Shown piece after piece: positions 28,500 through 37,333 of a stretch of DNA of 64,000 nt. The number at the start of each line of letters is the position of its first letter. Position 1 is the stretch's first letter. Below the pieces are notes generated by a model. It saw nothing but the letters and a program-made list of their open reading frames with translations, was not told where the DNA came from and made no database searches. Origin of the DNA: a bacterium HR19 (GTDB lineage Bacteria; Calescibacteriota; Calescibacteriia; Calescibacteriales; Calescibacteriaceae); NCBI GenBank assembly GCA_002898315.1, contig BEHV01000002.1, forward strand, positions 92,145 through 156,144, given 5' to 3'. A program made the position numbers and the translations under genes.

Positions 28500-29708
28500 T
28501 TATCCTTCTCCTTCAAGCACGAATACTACTGAGCCGTTTAGCATTCCGTGTTCTGCTTGAACGACTCCTATATCACATCTTCCTTTCTTCTGTCTTTCGT
28601 TGGCTTCTCCCCTCAGCTGTGTGACTACTTCACACATTTCTATTGCTGGGGTTGCTCCTGCTGGATGTCCGCACGCTATTCTTCCACCAGATGGGTCAAC
28701 ATAAAGTTTTGATTCCCTACCTACATTTCCTTCTTTGAAAGCATAAACTGATTTGCCTTCTTCAAAAAATCCCATATCTTCAAGTATGGTGAGTTCTGTT
28801 GTGGAAAAAACTCCGTATATTTCTGCAACATCTACATCATGCGGTTTTATTTTTGCTTGTGAGAATGCTTCATGTGATGCCTTTCTTGTCGCCTCAGAAT
28901 AGTACGGAACATATTTTAACTGGTTGGGTAGAAATGAAGTTGGGGTGTGATACTCTCCGTATCCCTTTACTGACACTTTCCTTTTTTTGCTCGGGTTTGA
29001 TTTTTCAAAGTCCTCTGATACAAGCAGTATTCCTGCTGCTCCCGCTGCGAATATAGAGCAGTCGTGAAGATGTAGGGGAGGGCATATCTCTTTTGATGCT
29101 GTGACATCCTCTGGTTTAATCAGCTCTCTTATAAGAGCTTTTTCGTTATTTTGTGCGTTTTCTCTTAATCTGACAGCTACATAGTTAAGGTCTTCTCTTG
29201 AAACTCTCTTCTCATACATATATCTTTGACCCGCCATGGCGTAATATGGTATTGGAGCTCCTATTCCGTACATTGAATCAAAAGGTCCGTAAAGGTTTAT
29301 TTGAGCTATTGTTATATCGTATATAAAGTGTGGGAATTCCATTCCTTCGGGAATTCTGTCGCTTCTGTCGTCAAGGCATATTACCATTACGCTTTTGCAT
29401 CTTCCAGATATTATCTCAAGCATTGCGTATCTTATTGCAAGAGCGGCGGTGCTACCTCCGTTTTCAACCATCACTTCAACTTTGAAATCCTGTCCAAGAT
29501 AGTGTCCCATATGGTGCGCATGCATGAAGTGCTGTTTTAGCCCTCCGAGTGCGGGTGGAGTAAATACTATCCCATCAACCTCATCTCTACTTATTTCTGC
29601 GTCTTTCAAGACATTTTTGAATACTCTGTGTATTACTTCTTTGTATGTCTCTCCGTGCCTTTCTTTAACTACTGGGTCATAATAAACTCCTCTTATGTAG
29701 ATTTTCAT
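28500..29708 (-). CDS. Thiolase-family protein (SCP-x/archaeal-type acetyl-CoA acetyltransferase-like)
   Basis: Thiolase-like throughout, with C-terminal CGHPAGATP. I chose the start at ATG 29708 because GGAGG lies about 7 nt upstream; the ORF opens at 29750. Confidence 0.8.
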   Translation of the reverse strand: MKIYIRGVYYDPVVKERHGETYKEVIHRVFKNVLKDAEISRDEVDGIVFTPPALGGLKQHFMHAHHMGHYLGQDFKVEVMVENGGSTAALAIRYAMLEIISGRCKSVMVICLDDRSDRIPEGMEFPHFIYDITIAQINLYGPFDSMYGIGAPIPYYAMAGQRYMYEKRVSREDLNYVAVRLRENAQNNEKALIRELIKPEDVTASKEICPPLHLHDCSIFAAGAAGILLVSEDFEKSNPSKKRKVSVKGYGEYHTPTSFLPNQLKYVPYYSEATRKASHEAFSQAKIKPHDVDVAEIYGVFSTTELTILEDMGFFEEGKSVYAFKEGNVGRESKLYVDPSGGRIACGHPAGATPAIEMCEVVTQLRGEANERQKKGRCDIGVVQAEHGMLNGSVVFVLEGEG

Positions 29709-29855
29709 ATTGGTTTCCTCCTTTGACAAAAAATTTGAACAATTGTTCAATTTTTTAATTTTTTCAACTTTTTATCTTTTTCTTTCTTTTCGTTTCAGTT
29801 TTAAACTTTGTATTATTTTGTGAAAATTCTGATTTGAATTTCTAAATTTTCTCGT

Positions 29856-30272
29856 ATGGATAAGGGTGAGCAGAATAGGAATGAGTTTGGTCTTGAGCTT
29901 ATTCTCACTTCTCTCTTTGAGAAAATAAAAGATGTTGTCAGATCTGAGACAATAGTGGGCAAACCAATAGAAGTTGGTGCATCTCACATCATACCTCTTT
30001 TGAAATTGAAGATAGGTTTTATGGCTGGAAGTCGCTCTGTGAATGAGTTAGGTGCCTCGGGGGGAGCTATTTCTGTTGAACCAATAGGAATTTTAGTTGT
30101 TTCAAAAGATGGGGGAGCTATTTTTTACTCAACCGCAAAACCTCAATCATCTCTCATTGAAAAAGCTATATCTCTTATTCCAGAAATTGCTGAAAAAGTT
30201 CTTCCAGAAGTAAAGCAGAGAACAATCAAAAAGAGAGAAAGAGAAGAAGAGAAGATTGAAGAACAAAAATAA
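29856..30272 (+). CDS. GerW/YtfJ-family protein (Spore_YtfJ-like)
   Basis: ETIVGKPIEVGASHIIPLLKLKIGFMAGS...GASGGAISVEPIGILVV matches the YtfJ/GerW pattern. Confidence 0.7.
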   Translation: MDKGEQNRNEFGLELILTSLFEKIKDVVRSETIVGKPIEVGASHIIPLLKLKIGFMAGSRSVNELGASGGAISVEPIGILVVSKDGGAIFYSTAKPQSSLIEKAISLIPEIAEKVLPEVKQRTIKKREREEEKIEEQK

Positions 30273-30278
30273 AGCAAA

Positions 30279-30458
30279 ATGAGGGAATGGGAGAAAAGGT
30301 TGAAAAAGAGCAGGGGATTGGTCAGAGTTGCGGGAAGAATAGTTGAAGAAGGTCTTGAAAACCTGTACTTAGGCAGAAAGATTGATTTTTCTCCCTCTTA
30401 CATGGAAAGATGGCGTGAAAGAAAGTTGTCGCAAAGCAAATCAAAGAGAACAAAATGA
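30279..30458 (+). CDS. Possible small basic protein (59 aa)
   Basis: An ATG 6 nt after the gerW-like stop gives MREWEKRLKKSRGLVRVAGRIVEEGLENLYLGRKIDFSPSYMERWRERKLSQSKSKRTK. It is below the ORF-track cut-off, has no SD and no homology support. Confidence 0.25.
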   Translation: MREWEKRLKKSRGLVRVAGRIVEEGLENLYLGRKIDFSPSYMERWRERKLSQSKSKRTK

Positions 30459-30495
30459 GAGAAAACCGATTGATTCATTTTTCCATAAAGAAAGT

Positions 30496-30738
30496 TTATT
30501 TTCTCGTCCCGTAAAGTTTTGTGAGGACCTGCAAAGTTATTATTAAAGCTACAAGAAGCCCTGCTATTGCTCCGAACCCCTCTCCAATTCCTTCCTTCAA
30601 TCCAAATTTTTTCCTTATCAGCAAACCTAAAAAAACACCACCCAAAACCAAACCTATGAATTCAAAACCAAGTCCCACCAGAATCAAAAACCTTCTCGTC
30701 TTATCTTTTGTTTCATTTTTCATCTTTTTTTCGTTCAT
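30496..30738 (-). CDS. Small two-TM protein, AtpZ/AtpI-like
   Basis: 80 aa with a basic N-terminus followed by two glycine-rich TM helices (LILVGLGFEFIGLVLGGVFLG, GAIAGLLVALIITL). Confidence 0.4.
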   Translation of the reverse strand: MNEKKMKNETKDKTRRFLILVGLGFEFIGLVLGGVFLGLLIRKKFGLKEGIGEGFGAIAGLLVALIITLQVLTKLYGTRK

Positions 30739-30759
30739 ATAATCTCTTTGGTCCAGCTT

Positions 30760-31107
30760 TTATTGAAAATTGATTTTTATCTCCCATGTTATGAATTTTA
30801 TTTTCCCGGCGAGACCCAGAGAAAGAAGCTTTGATATTATCTCTTTTTCTCTACCTTTTTCAAAAGCAATATAAACCTGCGAGTTCTCTGCTTCTCCTTT
30901 CAGAAACGATAAATCGTCATCATCTGAGAGGATAATGAAGACCTTTCCGATTGTGATTCCAGAGCTTTTGAGGAGTATATCTGCTTTTTCTCCTTCTCCT
31001 GCTACTTCACATTTTATTCCTCTTTCGTAAAGTTTTTTGTGTATTACACTTTTCATCAGGTCTCTCAAAATTTTCTTCTCGTCTATACTTTTGCTTTCAG
31101 TGCTCAT
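30760..31107 (-). CDS. Hypothetical protein
   Basis: 115-aa ORF directly upstream of the AtpZ-like gene on the same strand; no domain recognised. Confidence 0.4.
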   Translation of the reverse strand: MSTESKSIDEKKILRDLMKSVIHKKLYERGIKCEVAGEGEKADILLKSSGITIGKVFIILSDDDDLSFLKGEAENSQVYIAFEKGREKEIISKLLSLGLAGKIKFITWEIKINFQ

Positions 31108-31190
31108 TATTCCTCTTAATAATTTTATCTTGCTCTTGCAGTTTTCTAAATTTTATGATATATTATTTGCATTTGCATTATAGTTCTTTT

Positions 31191-32351
31191 ATGTATTACG
31201 GAGAGTACGGAGGACAATTTATTCCCGAAACACTTTTTCCTGTTCTTCAAGAGCTTGATAGAGCTTTTGAAAAAGCAAGGAGGAATAGAGATTTTGTAAA
31301 AAGGTGGCGTTATTATCTTGGAGTTTATGCAGGTCGTCCGACTCCGCTTTTTTTTGCCAAAAACTCATCTCAAAAGCTCGGAATAAAACTCTACCTCAAA
31401 AGAGAAGATTTGCTTCATACGGGAGCTCATAAAATAAACAACACAATAGGTCAATGCTTGCTCGCAAAAGAAGTTCTCAAAAAAACAAGAATAATAGCTG
31501 AAACTGGAGCAGGTCAGCATGGCGTTGCTACTGCCACCGCTTGTGCCCTGCTAAACCTAAAATGCACAATATACATGGGACGAAAAGATGTTGAGAGACA
31601 GAAGATAAATGTTCTCAAAATGAAACTCCTTGGAGCAGATGTTGTTCCTGTAAGCTCGGGAACCGAGACGCTCAAAGACGCAATAAACTCCGCACTGCGG
31701 GACTGGATAACAAATCCAACATCAACTCATTATGTTATAGGTTCTGTTGTCGGACCTTACCCTTTTCCAAAAATTGTCTCCTTCTTTCAATCTATAATAG
31801 GTGTTGAAGCAAAACAGCAGATTTTGAAACTTGAAGGTAGATTGCCAGATTTTGTCGTCGCCTGTGTTGGTGGTGGCTCTAACGCAATCGGAATATTCTC
31901 CGCATTCCTGAAAGAAAAAAAGGTCAAGCTCATAGGAGTAGAAGCAGGTGGAAACGGGAAGTTGCATTCCGCAAGCTTGACCAAGGGCTCGCTCGGTGTG
32001 TTCCACGGAATGAAAACTTATCTTATTCAAGATGAAGATGGACAGGTTCTTCCACCTCACTCAATAGCTCCGGGACTTGACTACCCTGCTGTCGGTCCTG
32101 AACACGCATATCTCAAAGATTCTGGTAGGGCAGAGTACTATTCCGTTCAAGACGAAGATGCATTAGAGGGCTTTGAGTTCCTCTCAAGATTTGAAGGAAT
32201 TATACCAGCTCTTGAACCAGCTCATGCTATGGCTTGGATAATCAAAAACTCAAAAGAGCTCAAAGGAAAAATTGTGATTTTAAATCTATCTGGGAGAGGA
32301 GACAAAGATATGGAGATATATTCAAACAGAAAAGCAGATCATCAAGCTTAA
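31191..32351 (+). CDS. trpB: Tryptophan synthase beta chain
   Basis: [14 protein letters not shown]-lysine HTGAHKINN, and GGGSNAIG. The ORF opens at 31155; I prefer the ATG at 31191. Confidence 0.9.
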   Translation: MYYGEYGGQFIPETLFPVLQELDRAFEKARRNRDFVKRWRYYLGVYAGRPTPLFFAKNSSQKLGIKLYLKREDLLHTGAHKINNTIGQCLLAKEVLKKTRIIAETGAGQHGVATATACALLNLKCTIYMGRKDVERQKINVLKMKLLGADVVPVSSGTETLKDAINSALRDWITNPTSTHYVIGSVVGPYPFPKIVSFFQSIIGVEAKQQILKLEGRLPDFVVACVGGGSNAIGIFSAFLKEKKVKLIGVEAGGNGKLHSASLTKGSLGVFHGMKTYLIQDEDGQVLPPHSIAPGLDYPAVGPEHAYLKDSGRAEYYSVQDEDALEGFEFLSRFEGIIPALEPAHAMAWIIKNSKELKGKIVILNLSGRGDKDMEIYSNRKADHQA

Positions 32352-33098
32352 AGATATTACTATCAAAATTGGGATTAAACCTTTCCATTTCATCTTCCAT
32401 CCTATAAACCCTCCAAAAGCGCATATAAGAGGAATGAGAACAGAAGTGAGCACGAATTTCGCTGGATTTTCAAATAAGTTCTCTGTAAATTTCTCCTTTT
32501 TCAAAACCTCTACTTTGCTTTGATTTCCAACCAAGTTTGCTGAAATAAATGGTTTCAGATTTTCTTCTTCTGATTTTTCTATGATCTCTCCTTCTCGTGA
32601 AATCTTTATCATCTTCACCTTTTCCCCTTTTGGAGTGTTTTCCTTTTTGATATAAATAAGGTAGGCGGACTTATCTTTTTTTTCTATAAACACTTCTGCA
32701 TATTCTCTTTTCTCTTTTGTTTTCCTCGCTTCAAGTTTTTCTTTTGCTTTTGGTGATACAAGTCCAGAGAAAATCATAATTGCGGGAGATATAACAGCGA
32801 GGTTGAGCAAAAAGACAGAAAAGAAAAATTTTATAGGGGACATACCGAATGTGATGAGTGAAGAAAATCTTTTGCTTTCGGTTGCAAAAAATCTGAAAAA
32901 AGAAATCGGAATAGAAAGAAAAAATATGTCAGGAATATAAGCAAGTAAAGAGAGAAAAAATATATCGTTTATTTTTTTGTTCCCTCTGTCTATCGCTTCA
33001 AGCAGTTCTATTTGAGATACAAGCAAGCTTATGATGATAGTTATTACCAGAGAAAAAGAAATTACTTTTTTCATTACGAATTTAAATAAAGTTCTCAT
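32322..33098 (-). CDS. Membrane protein, possibly a shortened LptF/LptG-type permease
   Basis: Three N-terminal TM segments, an approximately 100-aa K/E-rich extracytoplasmic insert, then two C-terminal TM segments. The N-terminus resembles YjgP/YjgQ proteins. Weak call. Confidence 0.35.
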   Translation of the reverse strand: MRTLFKFVMKKVISFSLVITIIISLLVSQIELLEAIDRGNKKINDIFFLSLLAYIPDIFFLSIPISFFRFFATESKRFSSLITFGMSPIKFFFSVFLLNLAVISPAIMIFSGLVSPKAKEKLEARKTKEKREYAEVFIEKKDKSAYLIYIKKENTPKGEKVKMIKISREGEIIEKSEEENLKPFISANLVGNQSKVEVLKKEKFTENLFENPAKFVLTSVLIPLICAFGGFIGWKMKWKGLIPILIVISLSLMICFSV

Positions 33099-33136
33099 TT
33101 CATAATTTTCTTTCTTATGCGCTAAAAGTTTTGATT

Positions 33137-34084
33137 TTATTTGTATCTTTCCATGAATAGTTCTTCAAATTTATCTTTTTGAATTTTCACTCCGAGATTT
33201 TTCTCAATAGCGTCAAAATTCACATAAAAATCCATAGTTGTTCCTATCTCTTTTACGATGTTGTTTATTGAATCTCTGATTTTCTTTTCCCTCACAGCTT
33301 TGAAAACCTGGTCTATAACTTTTTCAAGTTCCCAGTACCCTTCTTCTACTTTATCTACTACCGCGAATATTGCATATTTGTTGTTAAATTTTACAGGTTG
33401 AGATACTTCTCCTGCTTTGAGTGAAAGTATAATGCGAGATACCTCTTTTAATTTATCGTTTATGTAATTTCTATCTATATATCCGTAATCAAATTCTGCG
33501 GGAAGGTGGCGTGTTTGAGCGATATTTATAAAGTCCTGAATAGTTTTTATCTTCTTCCTTATCTCTTCTATCTCTTCTTTACTGTCTGATTCTATTTTCA
33601 TCAATCTTATAACATCGGGGTGTTTGAACATCTCTTTGTTTTTCTCGTAAAAATCCTGAATTTCTGGGAAATTGATTTGAAGGTATGGTTTTATCTTTTC
33701 GTTGAATAAATATGGTCTTACTATTTCAGCAGAGTTATATATCCATCTTACTTTTATCTCAGGTCTATCAAAGTATCCTTGTGATTTTGAATATGTGAAG
33801 ACCGCTACTGCTTCTATAAATTCTGCCACAAGCTGAGTGACTTTTTCTGGACTTCTCGCAAGCTCTATTTTTCTTGTTTCGGGGAGAGAATTTAAGAAAC
33901 CTTTGAAATCTTCAATGCTTACTCTTACATCGCCTATTTTGACCATCGTTTCTCCTTCTTCTTTTTTCTTTTCTGTTCCCGCTTTTTTAATTCTATCACA
34001 AGAAAATGCTAACAAAAGAGCAAATATAATTGATGCCTTCAATATACTGCTTAACTTTGTGTTTTTTTTATTCTCAAAAGACAT
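33137..34084 (-). CDS. SurA/PpiD-like periplasmic chaperone lipoprotein (degenerate parvulin domain)
   Basis: Lipobox LLAFSC. SurA_N-like helical region, then LKAGEVSQPVKFNNKYAIFAVV resembling the parvulin GEVS-P-V motif. I chose the start at 34084; the ORF opens at 34138. Confidence 0.55.
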   Translation of the reverse strand: MSFENKKNTKLSSILKASIIFALLLAFSCDRIKKAGTEKKKEEGETMVKIGDVRVSIEDFKGFLNSLPETRKIELARSPEKVTQLVAEFIEAVAVFTYSKSQGYFDRPEIKVRWIYNSAEIVRPYLFNEKIKPYLQINFPEIQDFYEKNKEMFKHPDVIRLMKIESDSKEEIEEIRKKIKTIQDFINIAQTRHLPAEFDYGYIDRNYINDKLKEVSRIILSLKAGEVSQPVKFNNKYAIFAVVDKVEEGYWELEKVIDQVFKAVREKKIRDSINNIVKEIGTTMDFYVNFDAIEKNLGVKIQKDKFEELFMERYK

Positions 34085-34088
34085 TGTT

Positions 34089-34286
34089 CTAATACCTCCA
34101 CTCAAAAATTTTAACTTTTTCCACCTTAAACTTATCAATGTATTGCTTCTTTTTTATGTTATGCCGTATTTTTAGGGGTAAGATTACAGGGAAAAGAACA
34201 AAACCTAAAATTTTCCTGACGATATAGATAACTGTGAAAAGTCCAAGTATTGAGAGAGAGAGAAGGGTTTTTGCTATTTGCTTCAT
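34089..34286 (-). CDS. Small membrane protein
   Basis: 65 aa with two hydrophobic helices. Its start overlaps the yidD stop (ATGA), implying translational coupling. Confidence 0.4.
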   Translation of the reverse strand: MKQIAKTLLSLSILGLFTVIYIVRKILGFVLFPVILPLKIRHNIKKKQYIDKFKVEKVKIFEWRY

Positions 34287-34531
34287 GGCATATCAACTCC
34301 TCCTTTTGATATAGGATTACATCTCAAAATTCTCCACACCGTTTTTAAGACCGCTTTGGGTAAAGGATATTTTTCTATGCATATCAGGGCATATTCTGAA
34401 CACGAAGGGTAGAACCTACAAGATGGAGGGAAGGGCAGAGTTCTCCATAAGCGTACTCCAAAACTCATCAGAACTTTGGCTATATTTTCTACAAATCTCC
34501 AAAAATTTTTCAAAAATTCTATTATGAGCAT
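34283..34531 (-). CDS. yidD: Membrane protein insertion efficiency factor YidD
   Basis: CRFYPSCSEYA...LRCNP signature. Confidence 0.85.
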   Translation of the reverse strand: MLIIEFLKNFWRFVENIAKVLMSFGVRLWRTLPFPPSCRFYPSCSEYALICIEKYPLPKAVLKTVWRILRCNPISKGGVDMP

Positions 34532-35120
34532 TTTTTTCTCAAAAAATTCCAGACCTTCTATATTCTTTATATTTACTATTTTTTTCCCTTTTTATGTTAA
34601 TTCAAAGCTTTTTGAGATAAAACCTGTTGCTTTTTATCAAGATATTGTTGTATCAAACCTTGATGCATACGCCGAATGTATCATATACCAGATGATAAAG
34701 AAAGAGTCAAGATGTGATAGAGATGATACAGATAAAATCCTTCTTTATGCTATCCTTCTTGTTTTCAGAAAGTCCTTTGAAGATATAATTGGGCTTGAAC
34801 AAGACATTGCGAAAGATATTCTGGAAGGAGAGAATTTGTGGAAGCAAAAAGTGAGTGAAGATAAAATCTCTTTACTTATCGCTCTTGGCTTCACTCAAAG
34901 AGAGATAAAAGATAGAATTATAAGAGTAAGTGTATTTTATGAAAAAATAGAGAAGGAGTTTTTGATTGATTTTGAAAGTTTAAAATATGTTCTGAAAAAA
35001 CTTTATTTAGAGCAGAATAACAGGTTGGGTGAAAATGTTGTTGCTGATGACCAAAAAACAAAGATGATTTATGAGATAATAAAGACATTCATTACAGATA
35101 AGATAATCTTGCGGCGCTGA
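34524..35120 (+). CDS. Hypothetical exported protein
   Basis: Signal/anchor-like PSIFFIFTIFFPFYV followed by a helical K/E-rich body; no domain recognised. The ORF opens at 34476. Confidence 0.4.
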   Translation: MSIFFSKNSRPSIFFIFTIFFPFYVNSKLFEIKPVAFYQDIVVSNLDAYAECIIYQMIKKESRCDRDDTDKILLYAILLVFRKSFEDIIGLEQDIAKDILEGENLWKQKVSEDKISLLIALGFTQREIKDRIIRVSVFYEKIEKEFLIDFESLKYVLKKLYLEQNNRLGENVVADDQKTKMIYEIIKTFITDKIILRR

Positions 35121-35125
35121 TTGAT

Positions 35126-36037
35126 TTACAGTTTCAGGGGTATTTCTTTGAAGAACTCCTCCGATGTTGTCTCTACCTTCAAAAATGTCTCGTAAAATAT
35201 CATTTCTATATCGCTTTCTTTTATTTTCAGTACATCAAAGCTCTTTTTTGAGAATTTCTCTACCATGTTGTCAAATCCAGCTCCTACTCCTGTCATCTGA
35301 GCTATTATGTCTCCTACATGGACTATAAATGTAAGATTTTTTATGTAATCTGGTGTATCGTTAGGGAGAAGGTGTGGCGACTTAAAATATCTTAACGGTA
35401 TCTTTATATCGTCTGGGAGGTTCCACGCCTCAGCTATAAGGTAATTTACTTCCTGATGAGATATTCCTAAAATTTCTTCTTCTGCTTCTCTCATATCTTT
35501 GCCAGAAAGCACAGACCTTAACATTTCTTTTTTCTCCAAGAACACATAGAAATCCAGAATTATTTTTCCTATGTTTCTCATAGATGCTACTGCGAATGCG
35601 TTTTGCGAGAGGTGAGGGAAAGATATTTCTGCGATTCTTTTTGATGTGTATCCACCTATGAAGGATTGAAGGGCGAGTTCGGCTTTTTTGTAAATATATC
35701 CTTTAAGTTCTGTCTCCTGCAATCTCTTTATCCAGAAGGCAAGAGTGAGCCTTGCGATGTTGTATACTCCGAGAAAAACTATTGTTGTTTCCAAAGATGA
35801 GACCCGTATTGTGGAAAATGTTCTTGAATTTATGTATCGCATTATATCAGCCACTAGGTTTGGCTCTTTTGCTATTTCCTCTGCCAGCTTCTGAACGCTT
35901 ACTTCTTCATACATGGTGAGGTTTATTATGTTTCTTATCACATGTGGCAGAGGAGGAATTTTCTTCTCTATCTCGCTCAGAATTTTTGTCCTTCTCTGTA
36001 TTTTTTCTAACTCTTTTGTTTCTTCTTGCTCTATCAT
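35126..36037 (-). CDS. HDOD-domain signalling protein
   Basis: LPPLPHVIRNIINL...VSVQKLAEEIAKEPNLVADIMRYINS is the HDOD N-terminal signature. Strong SD (AAGGAGG). Confidence 0.8.
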   Translation of the reverse strand: MIEQEETKELEKIQRRTKILSEIEKKIPPLPHVIRNIINLTMYEEVSVQKLAEEIAKEPNLVADIMRYINSRTFSTIRVSSLETTIVFLGVYNIARLTLAFWIKRLQETELKGYIYKKAELALQSFIGGYTSKRIAEISFPHLSQNAFAVASMRNIGKIILDFYVFLEKKEMLRSVLSGKDMREAEEEILGISHQEVNYLIAEAWNLPDDIKIPLRYFKSPHLLPNDTPDYIKNLTFIVHVGDIIAQMTGVGAGFDNMVEKFSKKSFDVLKIKESDIEMIFYETFLKVETTSEEFFKEIPLKL

Positions 36038-36071
36038 TTTATTCCTCCTTTCTGTATTTTATATTAGATTT

Positions 36072-36126
36072 ACCCCCGTAGAAATTTTATCTTGACCCCG
36101 TAAGAGAATTTATTTTCACCCCGTGT
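36072..36126 (-). promoter_or_regulatory. Three phased direct repeats (ACGGGGT core) in the HDOD gene promoter region
   Basis: The plus-strand CCCCGT core occurs at 36074-79, 36096-101 and 36119-124 (22/23-nt spacing). The minus-strand units are CACGGGGTGAAAATAAA, TACGGGGTCAAGATAAA and TACGGGGGTAAATCTAA. A TATAAA -10-like box follows. Confidence 0.4.
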
Positions 36127-36230
36127 TTTTAATTCCCTCTAATCAATTAGAATTTAATTATTTTTCTCATTAAAGTGTTGAAAAATGAAAATTTTTGAGG
36201 AATTTTTTCCCAACTTTCAGGGAAGACAAG

Positions 36231-36584
36231 CTACGGATTTTCTATTTTTTCCTTTATTTTCAGTATAGATGCTATCAGAAATTTATGAGAATTTGTGGAA
36301 CAGTATAGCTGAGATAATCTTTTTGTAGAACGAATTACATCTTCTAACTTTTCCCCCAATATAAGTGCCGATAATGAAATCCTGATAATACATTTTTCTA
36401 TGGGAATGATACTATCTAATTTCCTTCCGAGCGTTTCAGAGATTAATTTATCTATCTTTTCTCTGTTTTCAAGGAATGTTTTTATAAGTTCGTTTTCTGA
36501 GTTCATCAGAATTTTCATCTCTCCTCTCGCTTCTGCTTCGTACATTTCCAAGAGCGCGTCTTTAAATTTCTTTATAGGTAGCAT
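36231..36584 (-). CDS. nusB: NusB-like transcription antitermination factor
   Basis: C-terminal IEKCIIRISLSALILGE...SHKFLIASIL parallels E. coli NusB VEKAVLRIALYEL...SHKFVNGVL. 117 aa, which is short. Confidence 0.6.
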   Translation of the reverse strand: MLPIKKFKDALLEMYEAEARGEMKILMNSENELIKTFLENREKIDKLISETLGRKLDSIIPIEKCIIRISLSALILGEKLEDVIRSTKRLSQLYCSTNSHKFLIASILKIKEKIENP

Positions 36585-36615
36585 AAATCTCCTCGTTTTC
36601 TATGTTTTTTATAAT

Positions 36616-37137
36616 TCATTCCAGAACCTCAATAAAAATGTTTTCGTTTGAGTATATTGAGATTTCTCCTGATAGTTTTATTGCTTCTTTTGCTATTTCT
36701 TCTGGTGGGAGCGAGGTGTGTTTGAGGAGTGCTTTTGCTACTGCAAGAGCTATTGGTCCTCCTGACCCTATTGCGGCGACATTATCATCTGGTGAGATGA
36801 CATCTCCGTTTCCAGATATTACAAGTATATTTTGTTTGTCTGCGACAAGAAGCATTGAGGAGAGTTGACGGAGGGCTCTATCTGTTCTCCAATCTTTTGC
36901 TAATTCTATTGCAGATTTGAGAAGATTTCCACCGAACTCTTGGAGTTTCTTTTCAAATCTTTCAAGCAGAGCCATGGAGTCGGCTGTGCTTCCAGCAAAC
37001 CCTACGAGAACGCTGTTATTGTAAATTTTTCTCACCTTGCGTGTTGAGTGTTTGAAGATTATATCTCCTAATGTCATCTGACCATCAGAAGCCATAACGA
37101 CTTTGCCATCTCTGTATATAGCTATGACGGTTGTCAA
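36616..37137 (-). CDS. hslV: ATP-dependent protease subunit HslV
   Basis: TTG start followed by TTVIAI (Thr1 nucleophile) and GSGG; proteasome beta-type throughout. Confidence 0.9.
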   Translation of the reverse strand: MTTVIAIYRDGKVVMASDGQMTLGDIIFKHSTRKVRKIYNNSVLVGFAGSTADSMALLERFEKKLQEFGGNLLKSAIELAKDWRTDRALRQLSSMLLVADKQNILVISGNGDVISPDDNVAAIGSGGPIALAVAKALLKHTSLPPEEIAKEAIKLSGEISIYSNENIFIEVLE

Positions 37138-37146
37138 TAGAATTTA

Positions 37147-37223
37147 TGGCGGGGCTGACGGGACTTGAACCCGCGACCTCCGGCTTGACAGACCGGCGTT
37201 CTAACCAGCTGAACTACAGCCCC
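37147..37223 (-). tRNA. tRNA-Asp (anticodon GUC), CCA encoded
   Basis: The reverse complement folds as acceptor GGGGCTG/CAGCCCC, anticodon loop CT-GTC-AA, T-loop TTCAAGT, discriminator G, CCA. Confidence 0.9.
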
Positions 37224-37333
37224 AAATGAAAATATATGATAAAAAATTTTTAATATTGTCTTCCCTCTCTTTTTTCAATTTCAAAAATTTTTGTGAAGGC
37301 AAAAAATCAGCAAAAAACAATACACAAAAATAA

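Noticed and set aside
36072-36080. The first promoter repeat (CCCCCGTAG) is identical to the 5' end of tRNA-Arg (GCCCCCGTAGCTC), which hinted at a tRNA-derived att or remnant sequence.
   Set aside because: Only 9 nt match. The other two repeats diverge from the tRNA sequence, and the match is to the tRNA 5' end rather than the 3' end that integrases usually target. No integrase is nearby, so this is probably coincidence.
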